Position numbers and translations under genes: made by a program. From NCBI GenBank assembly GCA_964016885.1, contig OZ024747.1, positions 31,558,001-31,622,000 on the forward strand: a stretch of DNA of 64,000 nucleotides. Reading direction: 5' to 3'. This document shows positions 1-13,114 of the stretch, in pieces (the first letter of the stretch is position 1; each line of letters begins with the position of its first letter). Source of the DNA: Eledone cirrhosa (Eukaryota). The notes below the pieces were generated by a model, which ran no database searches, was not told the DNA's origin, and worked only from the letters and a program-made list of their open reading frames with translations.

Positions 1-150
1 GTTGGTGTTAGGAAGGGCATCCAGCTGTAGAATCAGTTCCTGCATGAGCAAGACAAGGTCAGCTGACTGGACACTGCCCACAACAGGACAACCCGTCTAA
101 CCCATGCTAGCATGGAAGAACGGACGTAAAATGGTGATGATTATGATGAT
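1..150 (+). mobile_element. RTE LINE 3' end with (GAT)n tail
   Basis: GTTAGGAAGGGCATCCAGCTGT...AACCCATGCTAGCATGGAAGAACGGACGTAAA followed by (GAT)n; same 3' UTR as 23800-23965 and 6620-6775. Confidence 0.8.
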
Positions 151-199
151 GATGATATACACACACACAACATGTACTTATAGACATGTGTAACACAAT

Positions 200-1912
200 T
201 CAGGGCTGCCGTTCTTAATGTTGGCAAATTGAAAAGTAGATTGGGTAAAATTGTGGAGATGTCTGAGCAAGCAGAGAGGAGTAAATGTGTGATATGTACA
301 TGAAGTGAGATGGAGGGGAGCACAGACAGACTTTTCAGGGGTGTCAATGATAATTGGGTAAGTGAGGTGTATGCATTTTACTTGCTGAGAGGTGAAGAGA
401 TAAGGTAATCGATGTAGTTAGTGTGACAGAATTATCAAGCTTAGAAGAGTCATAGGTTATAAAATGAAAACAGTTATCTTTACATACACAACACAATGAG
501 AAATAATTTTTTTTTTAAATGACTTTCTCTCAAGGCCTGGATACTTCAATAACAGATGACAGAAACTTCATCATTCTGGCTTGTGAGTTCAATGGACATG
601 TTGCACAGTACCAGCATGGCTACATTAGAGTCTTAAAAAAAAGTCTCAAGTTTGTCTCAATCCCAGAAGCTCATTAGGCTGGAACTTATCTTGATTTTGG
701 TGGAGTTAAGTGACTGAGAGTACAAGGCTCCTCCCTAGAGAGGATGGCAGTCCATCGTGGGGTTAAATTTCCCAGCTATTGCTGGTACTCATTTTCAGCT
801 GAATATACTGGAGCAACGTGAAATGAAGTGTTTTGCTCAAGAACACAACACAACCCAGTCCTGGAATCGAAACCGAGATTATGATCGTAAATCTAACACC
901 CTTATCACTAAGCCATGCACCTCCACTTTAGAGTGTATGGTGGTTATTGATATGGCTCCTAGAAATATGTGATGCAAACCAGCTGCAAAACTAACTTCAG
1001 TAAACTGGCCAGTTACTTGATCGCCTCCAAATCAGGTTAACATGCAAGCTAAATCTACTTCATTCTTGTTAGAAAATAGGACAGACAGATGGCTATGAAT
1101 GATAAGAACTTTCCAGAAAAAAACTGTGCTACCCAACATAAGTTAGTTATTAATAACATTAGACTAATATCCAGATGCAATCAGGAATAGAAAAATTTTG
1201 GAAAGGACAGCATGGAAGCTAAAAGACCTCTCTTTTAAATATAAGCTTGTAAAAGATCAATGTGTATGATGTGCAGGGAAAGGAATATAGATACATACAA
1301 CAAATGGATATTTCTAACAACACACTGCAGGCTACTGGCTGGAGCAAAGTAGTAGCAAAATTAATTGTTACCTAATGGTGGAACAGCACTGTGAATAGGT
1401 CCATAAAAGCTATGCAACAAGCTTGAAAAGACTGAAAAAATGTAGCAAAGAACAATTTGAAGCAGCTTAAAGAGAAGTTAGATGACAAAGCACATAATGG
1501 AGGTGAAAGCAGGAGCTTTGCCATTGTCTGACAATGAGAGAATCAAAGGCATGATGTGTTCTGTATTGCAAAGCAGTGTGTTTAGTGTAAATCAGGATGT
1601 CATTGGGGAAAAGTGTGTTTGAAATGTTGCAGATGTTCAAAAGAAAGAACTGGAAATGATATTATGAGAGATTAATGAATATAAAGAATGAGCAGAAGGA
1701 AAAAGGACTACCCCCAGTAGACACAGGAAAGAGTTCAGCTATTGAAGCAATTAACGTAAATGTTGCTGGACTACAGAATCAACGGCAGAAATAGTGAGAG
1801 ATGGTCGCAGAATACTGAAACTTACAATGGAGGAAAACTGTGCTTGAAAGGACCTGTCCAACCCATGCAAGCTTAGAGACACAGATGTAAAAGGGTAATG
1901 ATAATGATGATG
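200..1912 (+). mobile_element. Highly decayed RTE LINE (APE endonuclease remnant, linker, 3' end), interrupted by a SINE
   Basis: Remnant peptides NVGKLKSRLGKIVEM (~217) and EFNGHV (~585); RTE 3' end AACCCATGCAAGC...GATGATG at 1860-1912; many stops. Confidence 0.55.
655..925 (-). mobile_element. tRNA-derived SINE, family 1 (CORE-like body)
   Basis: Minus strand: A box TGGCTTAGTGAT, B box TTTCGATTCC, then GTTCTTGAGCAAAACACTT...CAGCTGAAAATGAGTACC; other copies at 3575, 21515, 40443. Confidence 0.8.
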
Positions 1913-1925
1913 TGTGTGTGTGCAC

Positions 1926-2034
1926 AGTAGAGTCAGGGCCCAACGGCTGAGCTCTTGCCATTTCTACAACAAATTCCAGGCTGGAATTCGCTGTTAAAAC
2001 AGCAAGAGCTCATCTGTCAGGCCCAGACTCTACT
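1926..2034. repeat. ~110-bp foldback (MITE-like hairpin)
   Basis: AGTAGAGTC.GGGCC / GGCCCAGACTCTACT ends, inner GAGCTCTTGC/GCAAGAGCTC, centre AATTCCAG-G-CTGGAATT. Confidence 0.7.
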
Positions 2035-2134
2035 ATATTTACACTCTACTATAGTCCAAGTATTGAGTGCTCTGCTGAAAAATGGTCTTACTAGTTTAAA
2101 CCTTGTATAATCCTGATCCCAGCCTCTCTCTTTC

Positions 2135-2165
<31 letters not shown>

Positions 2166-3184
2166 ATATACATACTGAAATTACTAGATAGAAAAATATA
2201 TGCATACTGGTATATATAAGCATACTGGTATATATATAGATGTGTATGCGCAAAGAAAAAATTATCAAAATCTATCTAAGAACACACACACGTGTGTGTA
2301 TATGTGTGGACATATGTGTGATACATGTGTACATCTGCTTGCATGTGTGTATGAGTAGATACACGTGTGAATATGTGCATATCTGCTTGTAAGCATCTGT
2401 GCAGATGTGTATGTGTAAATATGTGTATATGCTTTGCTGCAAGCATACATATGTGTGCACATGTGTGTGAATATGTGTATGTGTATAGCTACATGCAAGC
2501 AAACATATATGTGTGTGTATACAGAGTGCCATATGGGTATACACATATGGGCATGTACAAACATGACAAGACATGCTCAATTAATTCTGAAACATCTGTA
2601 TGCATTATATAACTGGAACTAAGCATCATCAAACTACTAATAATTCAATTTCTAGTTGCAGGGAAAATCTATTTGTACAAGCAATAAACCCACATTTTAG
2701 TGATTTAGTATTGTATAGCCTGCCATTTACCTGCCATAAAAGAAGACTGATGAAATGACAACAGCTTGTAAACACCGCTATATCTGTATCATAGACATGG
2801 CACCCAGCTATAAAATTCTACATCCTAAAATTTCTTGCTGCATGAATGCAACAAGGAGCTAAATATTTATTACTGTTACTACTAACTACTACTATTACTA
2901 CTATAACTGTTACAGTAATAATAATTATTGCCATGGTGGACAAATTCTTACAGTTCTCTGCCAGTTGAGCAATGTGGTTAGTGGTACAACAACCCTTGTT
3001 TTCTATATAGTGGGTAGTGGGGAGCTAGAGAGGCAATTTACTTGAGGTAGTTCTGTACTCCATCAATGATCAACTTAACAAATTATTTTGTAGGACATTC
3101 AGCCCCAGTGAACACAGTAAACTTTCAGACATTCCTAGCTTGGCAGTGCTATTGGTGTAGCATTGCTGGTTCAGAATAATCTGC

Positions 3185-3465
3185 ATTGGCAGTATCCGGA
3201 AAGCATCAGACAACATGCTTTGCAACATATAGTTAAAGCCTTTTGGGTTCTGAGTTCAAATCCCACCAAGGTTAGCTTTGCTATTATCTATAGTTGTTTC
3301 TACAGCAATTACCCAGTACATTACTGGTACTTTATTTTATCGACCCCGTAAAGATGAAAGGTAAAGTTAACCTCGACGGGATTTGAACTCAGACCATAAA
3401 GGGACGTAACTATGCTGGAAAGCATGGTGTCCGACCCTCTACTGATACTGCCAATTCACCGCCCT
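3185..3465. mobile_element. Two SINE family 2 copies in inverted orientation
   Basis: + copy TTCTGAGTTCAAATCCCACCAAGGTT (~3248); - copy AACCTCGACGGGATTTGAACTCAGA (~3369). Confidence 0.75.
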
Positions 3466-3574
3466 TTGTTATTATCTATAGTGATCAACAACTATTACAG
3501 ATATTTTCAGTATTTGGCATTCAAACATTTTTAGAAATAAGAATATTAGTAAAATGTAGGATTGGCCTATTCGT

Positions 3575-3790
3575 AAAGGTGGGTTCAATTCCAGGACTAG
3601 ATTGCACACTTTCTTCTTGAGCAAAACATTTTCTTTTACGCGGCTGAAAATGAGTATTGGCAATTGTTGGTTTTTCCCAGTGATGGACTGGCATCCTGTC
3701 CAAGGGCAAGTCCTGTATTCCCAGTCACTTAATGCCAATGAAAGCGAGGATAAGCACTGGCCTGATGAGCCTCTGGGTTTGCGACAGACT
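3575..3790 (+). mobile_element. SINE family 1
   Basis: GGTTCAATTCCAGGACT...TTCTTGAGCAAAACA...GGCTGAAAATGAGTA...GATGGACTGGCATCCTGTCCAAGGG. Confidence 0.7.
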
Positions 3791-3812
3791 TTTGATTTAA
3801 CTTCTTAACTTA

Positions 3813-3966
3813 CTAGTATAGCTTAATAAGCTATCAGAAATTCATAGCTATAACTAGTAAAGCCTAATAAATTATCAGAAATCCTTGTGTCTATCTAGTA
3901 AAGCTTAATAGATTAACAGAAATCCATGTGTCTAACTAGTAAAGCTTAATAAATTATCAGAAATCA
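3813..3966. repeat. 41-bp minisatellite, ~3.7 units
   Basis: CTAGTA(A/T)AGC.TAATA recurs at 3813, 3854, 3895, 3936. Confidence 0.85.
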
Positions 3967-5512
3967 CTAAAATCTGAATGCAATGTAAGTACTGGACTTT
4001 ATTTATTTTGGCAAGTGTATATAAATTAACTTTTACTGAAGCAAAACAAGAGTGCCCCTGCATAGTATTTGACCAGCTGGAAATAGCAGCCAAATTCCAC
4101 TGAGAATAGTCGTTACCTTCTTAAAAAGAAATTTCATGATTAAAACACTTTAATCAATAGTCTGCTTAATCAGATCTGATTAAGCCAAACAAGAACAGCA
4201 AATATTAAATAATTGTATCAATGCAACCTACAAACATGTGGCATGGCTATGAGCAAATGTGTGATATCTTTGAAATAGTGGAGTCGAATTAATGAATTGT
4301 AACTGTCTGCCTACAAGCATGTAGCATGGCTTTCAGCAAATATGAAATATCTTTGGAATACTGGAGTTGATTTAATAAATTGTAACTGTCTCCCTACAAA
4401 CATGTCTCCTTGTGACATGCTAGGAATCTTTCTTAAATTTCTCTATCACATGTTTAAGACTACAGAAACTTGGGTGTGTGTGTGTGTGTATAAACACGTA
4501 TTTTTTCACTTGAACTATCAGAGATAGCAGTCAAATCTCTCACAAATAATACCCTTTTATCATAAAAATAAGACACACATCGCTATCTTGGATTAGCATG
4601 CATATATAATCCACACTGGTTGAATATGATTGATGGAAGTGATATAAAGAGGACAATTATTAAATGCTTTTAGGGTAAAGCTGTATGATGTAGTTAGATT
4701 TAATATATGATAGTTGGCGTATTTGAGAAACAACAGAAGACTTAATATATTGAAGAATAAGGCACAGAGATATTGATAATGATGACAAACTAGCAACAGA
4801 GGTGCGTCCTCTTCAATAAAAACAAAAAATAAAGCTAAAGGTGAGATCTAAATCTTAATTAAGTTTAGATCCCCTCTGATGTATATGTCATTAGATAACT
4901 TAATAGACTATTTAGTATTCATTGGGGTTTCAGTGTTGTTTACATCCATTTTATTTGAGAATTGAAGTTGTGATAATTTGCTATAAATATCAATATAGAA
5001 TGGGAAGCTGTACATGGTCAGGCCAAAGGAATATTGAACAGGAAACTACAAAGTTGGCAGTTTATATTCTGGCAGACTATTACTGCTACATTATATCAAT
5101 AGATCTGGAATACTAAAATACTGGAACTCTAAATTGTAAACTAAGGTGATGGCAGTTAATATTCTGACATAATATCATTACTACATTACATAAATATATC
5201 TGGAATACTGGAATACTGAAATACTAGACAGCAAACTATGGTAATCATATCCTGACAAATTATTATTGTTATAATATAACACAAGAACTCCTCCACCCTA
5301 TATTTTACAACCTTCAAGTCTACTTAATTCTAAGGAGTTACTACATTGGTATATAGTTCATGGCTATAAGCCATATTATATAAATTGGTGTTTCGTTGGG
5401 TTCCAGTATTAAATTAGGCTTTCTATCCAGAAGTAAATATTTCCATTACATGCTTAGATGTAGTTAAGCCCAATTAATGTAAAACATTTAATTAAGTTGA
5501 CTTGCTAAAGAT

Positions 5513-6836
5513 CAGTGGTTCCCAAACTTATTTTATCATGCAGCCCTTATATGATTTTTTTTTTAAATGACAAAACCCATACCTATATTTCTACAGACAA
5601 TCTTAACTATCTCAATTTTCTTAAGACTTTAAATGGAACCAAAATTATTTTAGAGAGAGAAAGATCCTAGTAAGTAGAAGAGAAAACAGAACAAAGATCC
5701 CTCGGAGAAATGGCCTTGTCCAGTATGTAGGAAAGGCGTTAATAGAAATTCCATCCTCTGCCCCAAATGCAAAATGTGGGTACACAAGAGATGTAGTGGG
5801 ATCTCAGGAAGTTTAGCTATGAATGTAGGATTTACGTGTGGCAGTTGCACTGGAACAGTAAGCAGCAAACAACCGCAGGAAACAAGCACTACCAAATTCT
5901 CAGAGGGCTCTGTAGAAACAGTAGACAGCTTCTGCTACTTGGGTGATCGAATTATCAGCAGTGGTAGGTGTTCTGATAGTACAGTAACCAGAGTAAGAAC
6001 AGGATGGATGAAGTTCAGGGAGCTACTACCACTGCTGGCTACAAAAGGCTTCTCCCTCAGAATGAAAGGCAGACTGTATATTGCGTGCATACATACAGCT
6101 ATGTTACATGGTAGTGAAACCTGGGTGCTGTGTGCAGAAAACTTGGGTAGATTGGAAAGAAATGAAGCCTGTATGCTCCGATGGATGTGTAATAGTAATA
6201 TACGCGAATGGCGAAGCATAAATCAACTGAGAAAGAAACTAGGTATAAGAGGAATCAAATGCTGTGTGCAGGAGACGAGATTGTGTTAGTATGGACAGGT
6301 GTTGCGTATGAAGGACGACAGCTGCATAAAAAAGTGCAGAGCGCTCAAAGTCGTTGGAAGCCTTGGAGTGGGGATACCCAAGAAGACCTGGGATGAGCTG
6401 ACCTTGCCCAATTGCACCTCTGAAAGGAGATGACACATGACCAGGATCTCTGGTGATATGCAGTAATACAGCAGACCCAACTTTCCATGGGCACAAGCTG
6501 AAGCATATGTACAGTTTGCACCCCCACCCCCCAACACCAACAACCCTCCCTCCCATCCCACACTGTAAAGTGGATGTGTAAAAGACATGGCAAAAAGCAC
6601 CCAGCACTCACTGTCAATGTGGTTGGCGTTGGGAAGGGCATCCAGCCATAGAAAACCATCCAGAAACACCCCTGTATGAGCGAGACACAGCCAGCCAATA
6701 TAACTTGCCTCTAAATGGGACAACCCATGCTAGCATGGAAGATGGACGTTAATTGATGATGATGCTGATGATGAATATGATACCTTAGCTGTGGAACCCC
6801 AGAACTATTTCCTGGAACCCAATTTGGGAATCGTGG
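5513..6836. mobile_element. hAT-like MITE ends, split by an RTE insertion
   Basis: Left end CAGTGGTTCCCAAACT (5513); decayed right end AATTTGGGAATCGTGG (6821-6836). Confidence 0.45.
5650..6775 (+). mobile_element. 5'-truncated RTE LINE (PHD-like finger + RT thumb + 3' UTR)
   Basis: ORF 5774-6289 WVHKRCSG...FCYLGD...MLHGSETW; (GAT)n tail. Confidence 0.9.
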
Positions 6837-7609
6837 CTAGAGGATCCTTGTGATTAAGAATGGATTAGCAAATAATATATTTTAAAGATAGCAACCAATG
6901 GACACCAATGGCCAAACTACTGACCATATTGTCTTGGATCAAACCTTATATGTAAGAATAAACACATCCTCTTAGTAAGACATATACTGTATTACATGAA
7001 TATTAGCCAAAGAATATGTTATCAAAAGTCGATGGGAAAATGGAGGTGGTGTGGCAGCTTATATATATATATATGTCATCTAAACAATTTGTTGATTAGC
7101 TACCTCAGCTTATAAAAGAGGTTTTGATTTTTGCCCATTTCTAAAAAAAAGGGTTCGCATTATGTTCGAGTATATATGGTAATACTTGTCAGTCTATCTA
7201 ACTGACAAATATATTTTAAACCTATTTCTTGAGCCAATAATGGAGCCTTTATATCGTTGCATAGCCTGCTAGATTCTACTTCAAATCACATTATACCATT
7301 TTAAAATTAACAAATCATTAAACAATTTTGTCCTACATACACTGTGTCAGGGAAAAAGAAAAAAAATGAAATCATTGCAACCTTTGATCATTGGTCAGCT
7401 TTATTGGGGTTGAAAAAACACAACATGGGTCAGCTAAAACACAACAAAATTAACATGATCTCTATTTTATCATTGCGATGTAGCATTCAGCTAAGTAATT
7501 TTTCAAAACAATATGAAATTGACAAGATATACAGAGCACATTACACTGATCTCCAAAAAGGATATACATATGTAATAAATGACTTATAAGTTTCAGAAAG
7601 TCAGTCGAA

Positions 7610-7780
7610 GGAGGACAAATAAAACAAAGTAATGTTTTACCTAGTATATTTCAACATGATATTTTAGGGCTTTTGCTCTCTTTTCAAATGTGAAACAAAA
7701 ACAGTTCAAAACAAAAAAGGGTAATAGCCCTGAAATATCATGTTGAAATATACTGGATAAAACATTACTTTGTTTTGTCA
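7610..7780. repeat. Inverted repeat, probably from a PLE end
   Basis: AAACAAAGTAATGTTTTA...ATATTTCAACATGATATTTTAGGGCT versus AGCCCTGAAATATCATGTTGAAATAT...TAAAACATTACTTTGTTT. Confidence 0.7.
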
Positions 7781-7917
7781 TTCTTTACTCTTTATATATT
7801 TCTACCACATTGTACCGGCTTTCTCAAACTAATCAGTCATTTATTACATAACTCACAATGCTTCATATTAACTATATATATATATAATATATATATGTGT
7901 GTGTGTTCGTGTGCCTG

Positions 7918-7949
<32 letters not shown>

Positions 7950-8039
7950 ACCAAATGTTAAAACAAGGTTCATTGACTATTCAATGAATATCGTTTTACA
8001 ATAGATTAAAAGCACTCAACAAAGAAGTTTTCTGGAGTT

Positions 8040-8352
8040 ATTAATAAATGGATACATTCACATAATCAAAATATATGTTTTATTATATATATTTTGGAGG
8101 TACTGTGCTGTTTTTTCAGTACGTCCTCATCAGATAAAATATATAAATTGATGTCTGCCATACCTCAACTGTGCTGATGGTTTAATTACTGACTACCAAG
8201 ACTGGAATTAAACCATCAGCACAGTTGAAGTATGACAGACATCAATTTATGTATTTTATCTGACGAGGACGTACTGAAAAAACAGCACAGTACCTCTGAA
8301 ATATATATAATAAAACATATATTTTGATTATGTGAATGTATCCATTTATTAA
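8040..8352. mobile_element. ~150-bp-arm foldback of a Penelope-like pLTR, with a hammerhead motif in each arm
   Basis: Arms ~8040-8188 and ~8207-8352, loop ~18 nt; further partial copies at 14505-14597 and 30300-30400. Confidence 0.75.
8254..8315 (+). ncRNA. Minimal hammerhead ribozyme motif (PLE-type)
   Basis: UUUUAU-CUGACGA-stem II (GUACUG/CAGUAC)-GAAA-UAUAUA-UA-AUAAAA. Confidence 0.7.
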
Positions 8353-9599
8353 TATGTTGAATAATATATATATATATATATATACATAATTATATATTAT
8401 GAATCCTAATCGGATATTAGATTTGCGAAAATTGAAGAAATATTTCTGAATGAAGAACTTGTTGAAGGATGTTCTAGATGAAGTAATTCTTTTGGAAAAT
8501 TTAATATTCTCTACCTCAAATGGGTGTAAAGACAAAAACAATGACAACTACTACTACTAATTGAATAAATAATATTTCTTTCATCAATATATACAATACC
8601 TTTCTGCTTTATGTCAGCTTTCATTATATACATTCATACACAGAAATATATCTATCTTTCTACTTCTCTGTTTAACTGTTGATCTTGTATATATTTGTAA
8701 ATTATTATATGATGATGATGATGTCTACACATATAATATACAAATATATGATGATGATGTATGTGCTTGCACACACACACATACATAGATGTGCATTCAT
8801 GCATATATTTTCGAATATCTGTATATATGCATACACATGATATATATGTATACATGTCTGCTTGCTTGTCTGTGTGTGTTTGTATATATGTATGGATGGA
8901 TGTGCATACATACATACTTAAAATACATGGAATGAATTTTCTACAACTGCTGGAATAAATTTATGTTATATATACATGAATGTGAATATATGTCTTCCTT
9001 TGTGTATGTCTGTCTTGTATGTGTGTGTGTATGTAAAGGTGTATGTCTCTCTTCTTGCCTGTGTGTATCCTTCTGTGTATGTATGTGTGTGTGTGTGTGT
9101 AACTAATATCATTATTCTTATAATCTGTTCTTGAAATATGATATGCTAAGTAATGAGAGCTAGGCGATGTGTCCAATTAACCAATTTCAAATTTAAAAAG
9201 AAGACAACTCTTTATTTAATAAATTTTCTTTAGGAATCACTGACCTGCTAGAACAGATGCTTTCAGCCAAACATATGTGATGAAAAAACTGGCACCCGAT
9301 TCTTTGTTGGGCGGCATTATAGTATTATATATTTTTCATCCCTCTAATAAACAGGGTTCTATTACTTCTGATAATTATGATTTATTAATATATTCTGTAC
9401 AATACCAAAGATGTTTATTCTTTCACATATATTTCTTTGACACTAAACTCCGCCAGTTGCCAACTGTGCATCAACATGAGATATTTTTCTCCACAAAGTT
9501 CGATCACCAACAGCAGAGTTTAAAGAGCAAAGATCAAATCCAGTCCATAGGTTGACATTATCAAGCCATTTTGACTGCCGGCCTCGGTGGATTTCTTGG

Positions 9600-11195
9600 T
9601 GAACAAAAAATGTGTACACAACTATCGACCTATATCTGACAGACTAGCTGTTCTGAGCTTGAAAAGTAAGTTTTGTAAACTCGTGCTTATCTAGTGCTAC
9701 ATTCCTACATCTACAGACCCAGATGAAGAAATCAATGAGTTATATGACAACATACAGGCCATTATAGACAAGACACCAAAGAGAGATCACCTCTTTCTAA
9801 TGGGTGACTTTAACTGCAAAATTGGGCAACTGAACGAATCATTCCAATCAACTATTGGCAAGTATACCACAGGTACATTTAACTCGAGAGGCGAGCTTCT
9901 AGCTGAATTTTGTACGAGGAACAATATGCAGATCACCAACACACTATTTAAAAAGAAAAATCTGTTCACTTGGATATCACCAGACAGTATCAAATAAGAT
10001 ATCACCAGGCAGTATCAAACTAAGAATCAAATAGACTTTATAATAGCAAGAAAATCTTCATCAAGACTAAGCATATTAGACAGCACAGCTCTTAACACTC
10101 CTGATATATCTGACCCTCGAATGGTCTGCACAATATTACACATGAACTTTGTTTGGCCACAAAGAACTAAAATACCATCAACAGTTAACTTAGACAAACT
10201 CTCATGTAACAAAACAGCAAGCCGATTCCAACTCGAGTTTCAAAACTGCTTTTCAGCTTTGCAATTTGATGAAGACTCCGACAAGATTTATGATACTATT
10301 TGCAGAGGCAGAAAAGAGGTATCTGAAGAGATTTTGCCTCAGGAAAGCCTTTCCATCCCACAATGGATGTTACAATAAACAAAGAAAGCAATATCTGAAA
10401 AACATAGAATCAGAAGAGAATGCAGTCACACATCAGCCCAATATAGAATAGCAAAGGCTGAATCCAAAAAACTCATTAAATCAGACAAACTTAAGCAAAA
10501 GTACAACAACATTGAGGAGCTTAATAACCTACCACCCAACAGGTTATATCATGCTGTTCTGAAGAAACTAAAGACTAAACCAAGAAATCCTAGCTGGGGC
10601 ATTAAAGATTCAAATGATACTATCCTTACATCCAAAGATGATATCCTTGAACGCTGGGCTAAATTCTAAGAAGAACTGTACTTCAGCAACTCAGAACAAA
10701 CAACCATTTATGATTCGACATGAGATGCCATTCTATCTATCTTAGCTAGCGAAATATCTCATGCCATCAAAAATTTGAAGCGGGGAAAAAACCCTGGACT
10801 GGACAAAATATACTCAGAATTCATCAAAGCTGGAGGTGAACCAATTATCAAAGCAGTTCAACATCTTTTTAACTGTATTATCACTACAGGGAAAAGCCCA
10901 GACATGTTCAAGAAATCAGTGATAGTTGTACTCTACAAAAAAAGCAGATTTCATTAAGCCAATATCGTCCTATCAGCCTATTGAGTCACGTTTACAATAT
11001 TTTCATGAGTATCATTGCAGCACGAGTGAAGTCAGACCTTTCGCCTCATTTCCTGAAACACAAGCTACGTATCAACCTGGAAGAGTTATCATTGAGCAGA
11101 TCCTAGCTATTGAACCAAATCATTGAGAAATCAATAGAATTCAACAACCCTGTGCACAAGCATCATTGACTTCACAAAAGCTTTTGACAACGCAG
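9600..11195 (+). mobile_element. Decayed APE-RT LINE (RTE-like), 3' part missing
   Basis: MGDFNCKIG...NTLFKKK..FTWISPD; KNQIDFI; MKRGKNPGLDKIYSEF; IDFTKAFDN near 11165. Confidence 0.8.
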
Positions 11196-11252
11196 CAAGT
11201 CTTAAGCAAAAAATCCATATATATATATATATATATAGTTTTAATATAGATG

Positions 11253-11303
11253 AGATTCTACAGGACTAGAACTGTTTCATTCATTAGAAATCATCAGGAA
11301 TCT
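11253..11303 (-). ncRNA. Hammerhead ribozyme motif (inverted copy of 12513-12563)
   Basis: Reverse complement of the 12513-12563 motif. Confidence 0.6.
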
Positions 11304-11744
11304 GGGTATCAAAAAATAAATATGGTATTTATAGGTCTCTACAAGTGGTAGGAGAGGGTGGGGAGTGGGATGGGTGCAGGTCATTGGTTGATAGAAAAGG
11401 GAATTCATTAAAAGCTAATTCTACAAAGCTATAGTTTATTTTTATTTATGTTTTTAGAGTAACAAGGGCAGACAGAATTCTATAAACAGGTTCCGGATGG
11501 CATACCATTCCTTGTCATTAAGTTTCTCTTAAGCTAACAGATGTCTATAAAATCAGTGGGGGGGTCAGTCACGGTCGATAGAATTAAAGAAAAGGGAGAT
11601 TCTTTAAAAGCTAAAATCATTAAGGTTCTACTAAGTGACAAAGGTCTAGAGAATTCTGCAGACAGATTCAAAATACTGAGTGCATATCTTACTATTATCT
11701 TCGAACTTCTCTTAAACTAATCAACTATATGCCAAAAATCAACA

Positions 11745-11889
11745 GACACATTCACAAAAAAACAAAAAAACACATACTCACTCACACACTTACGCGCAAC
11801 CATAAACACACACACAAACACATATACACACATAAAAACACACACACATATATAAAACAATATATTCATGTACACACACATACATACAC

Positions 11890-11958
<69 letters not shown>

Positions 11959-12159
11959 TATATACACATATATACACACACACATATATATATACACATA
12001 CACACACACATACACATACATACACACACACACACATATATACACAAATAAATACACTCACACGCATACATACAAACACAAATATACATGTGTATACATA
12101 TACACACAAATACATATAGACATATATACATACACATACACAGACACATATACACACAC

Positions 12160-12192
<33 letters not shown>

Positions 12193-12372
12193 CACACATA
12201 TATATATATATATATATATACACATACACACATACATACATACACATATACATATACACACACATACGTATACATACATATATACATACATATATATATA
12301 CACACATATACACATATATATATATATACACACATATATACATGCACACACATATATATATATATATATAAT
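11745..12372. repeat. Compound (CA)n/(TA)n/(CATA)n microsatellite
   Basis: Visible directly; source of the spurious H/T/Y/I and V/C/Y ORFs. Confidence 0.95.
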
Positions 12373-12512
12373 AAAAATAAACTATAGCTTTGTAGAATTA
12401 GCTTTTAATGAATTCCCTTTTCTATCAACCAATGACCTGCACCCATCCCACTCCCCACCCTCTCCTACCACTTGTAGAGACCTATAAATACCATATTTAT
12501 TTTTTGATACCC

Positions 12513-12563
12513 AGATTCCTGATGATTTCTAATGAATGAAACAGTTCTAGTCCTGTAGAATCT
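12513..12563 (+). ncRNA. Hammerhead ribozyme motif
   Basis: AGAUUC-CUGAUGA-uUUC-UAAU-GAAu-GAAA-CAG-uucuaguc-CUG-UA-GAAUCU; related copy at 29191-29237. Confidence 0.65.
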
Positions 12564-12645
12564 CATCTATATTAAAACTTTTATACTCTGCTATGTATTG
12601 AGTACCTTACTTACTGTGGTTACCTCCGATTCAACCCGGAATAAC

Positions 12646-12685
<40 letters not shown>

Positions 12686-12699
12686 ATTATAACAATAAT

Positions 12700-12820
12700 A
12701 ATATGGTTTCTTATATAGGCACAAGGCCAGCAATTTTGGGGGAGGGGAAAGTCGATTAAATCGACCCCAGTGTGTGTCTGGTACTTTATTTTATCGACCC
12801 CGTAAGGATGAAAGGCAACG
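12700..12820 (-). mobile_element. SINE family 2, 3' half with ATT tail
   Basis: Minus strand ...GGGGTCGATAAAATAAAGTACCAG...GGCCTTGTGCCTATATAAGAAACC + ATT repeats. Confidence 0.8.
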
Positions 12821-13068
12821 AAAGATATATACTTTATATCATCACTATTTATTTCATTATATATATTTTGGGGAGGCAAAAATCAGAGCATGCCCTTATC
12901 ATACATATATGAGATGTATAATTATTTCATGATATACCAGCATCAATGATCTTGATAGATCAGTGACAGGCAAATATGGAGGGAAAAACTCTCACAATTT
13001 CTTAGGATGCAATTTTAGTGTGAAAATAAAAACAGTTAATTTAAACGCTTCATGTGTTTTTTAAAATA

Positions 13069-13109
<41 letters not shown>

Positions 13110-13114
<5 letters not shown>

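Larger units (their letters stand above)
11238..12640. mobile_element. PLE remnant with ~210-bp inverted pLTRs around a compound microsatellite
   Basis: 11238-11445 is the reverse complement of 12370-12579; both arms carry a hammerhead motif; (TA)n flanks. Confidence 0.75.

Noticed and set aside
3755-3790. CTGATGAG as a hammerhead core (also near 2748 and 57828)
   Set aside because: No matching GAAA, UH or stems; the 3755 site is a SINE tail and the 57828 site is antisense GIY-YIG coding sequence.
3813-3966. CRISPR-like array
   Set aside because: Eukaryotic context, head-to-tail units with no unique spacers, no cas genes.
9246-9345. Minus-strand mini-exon MPPNKESGASFFITYVWLKASVLA|gtcagt
   Set aside because: The donor is plausible but the acceptor is weak and there is no homology support.
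11717-12487. Long ORFs of 100-252 aa
   Set aside because: Translations of (CA)/(TA) microsatellite; the same applies to ORFs near 2.3, 8.7, 15.0, 18.4, 20.8, 24.0, 41.7 and 60.6 kb.
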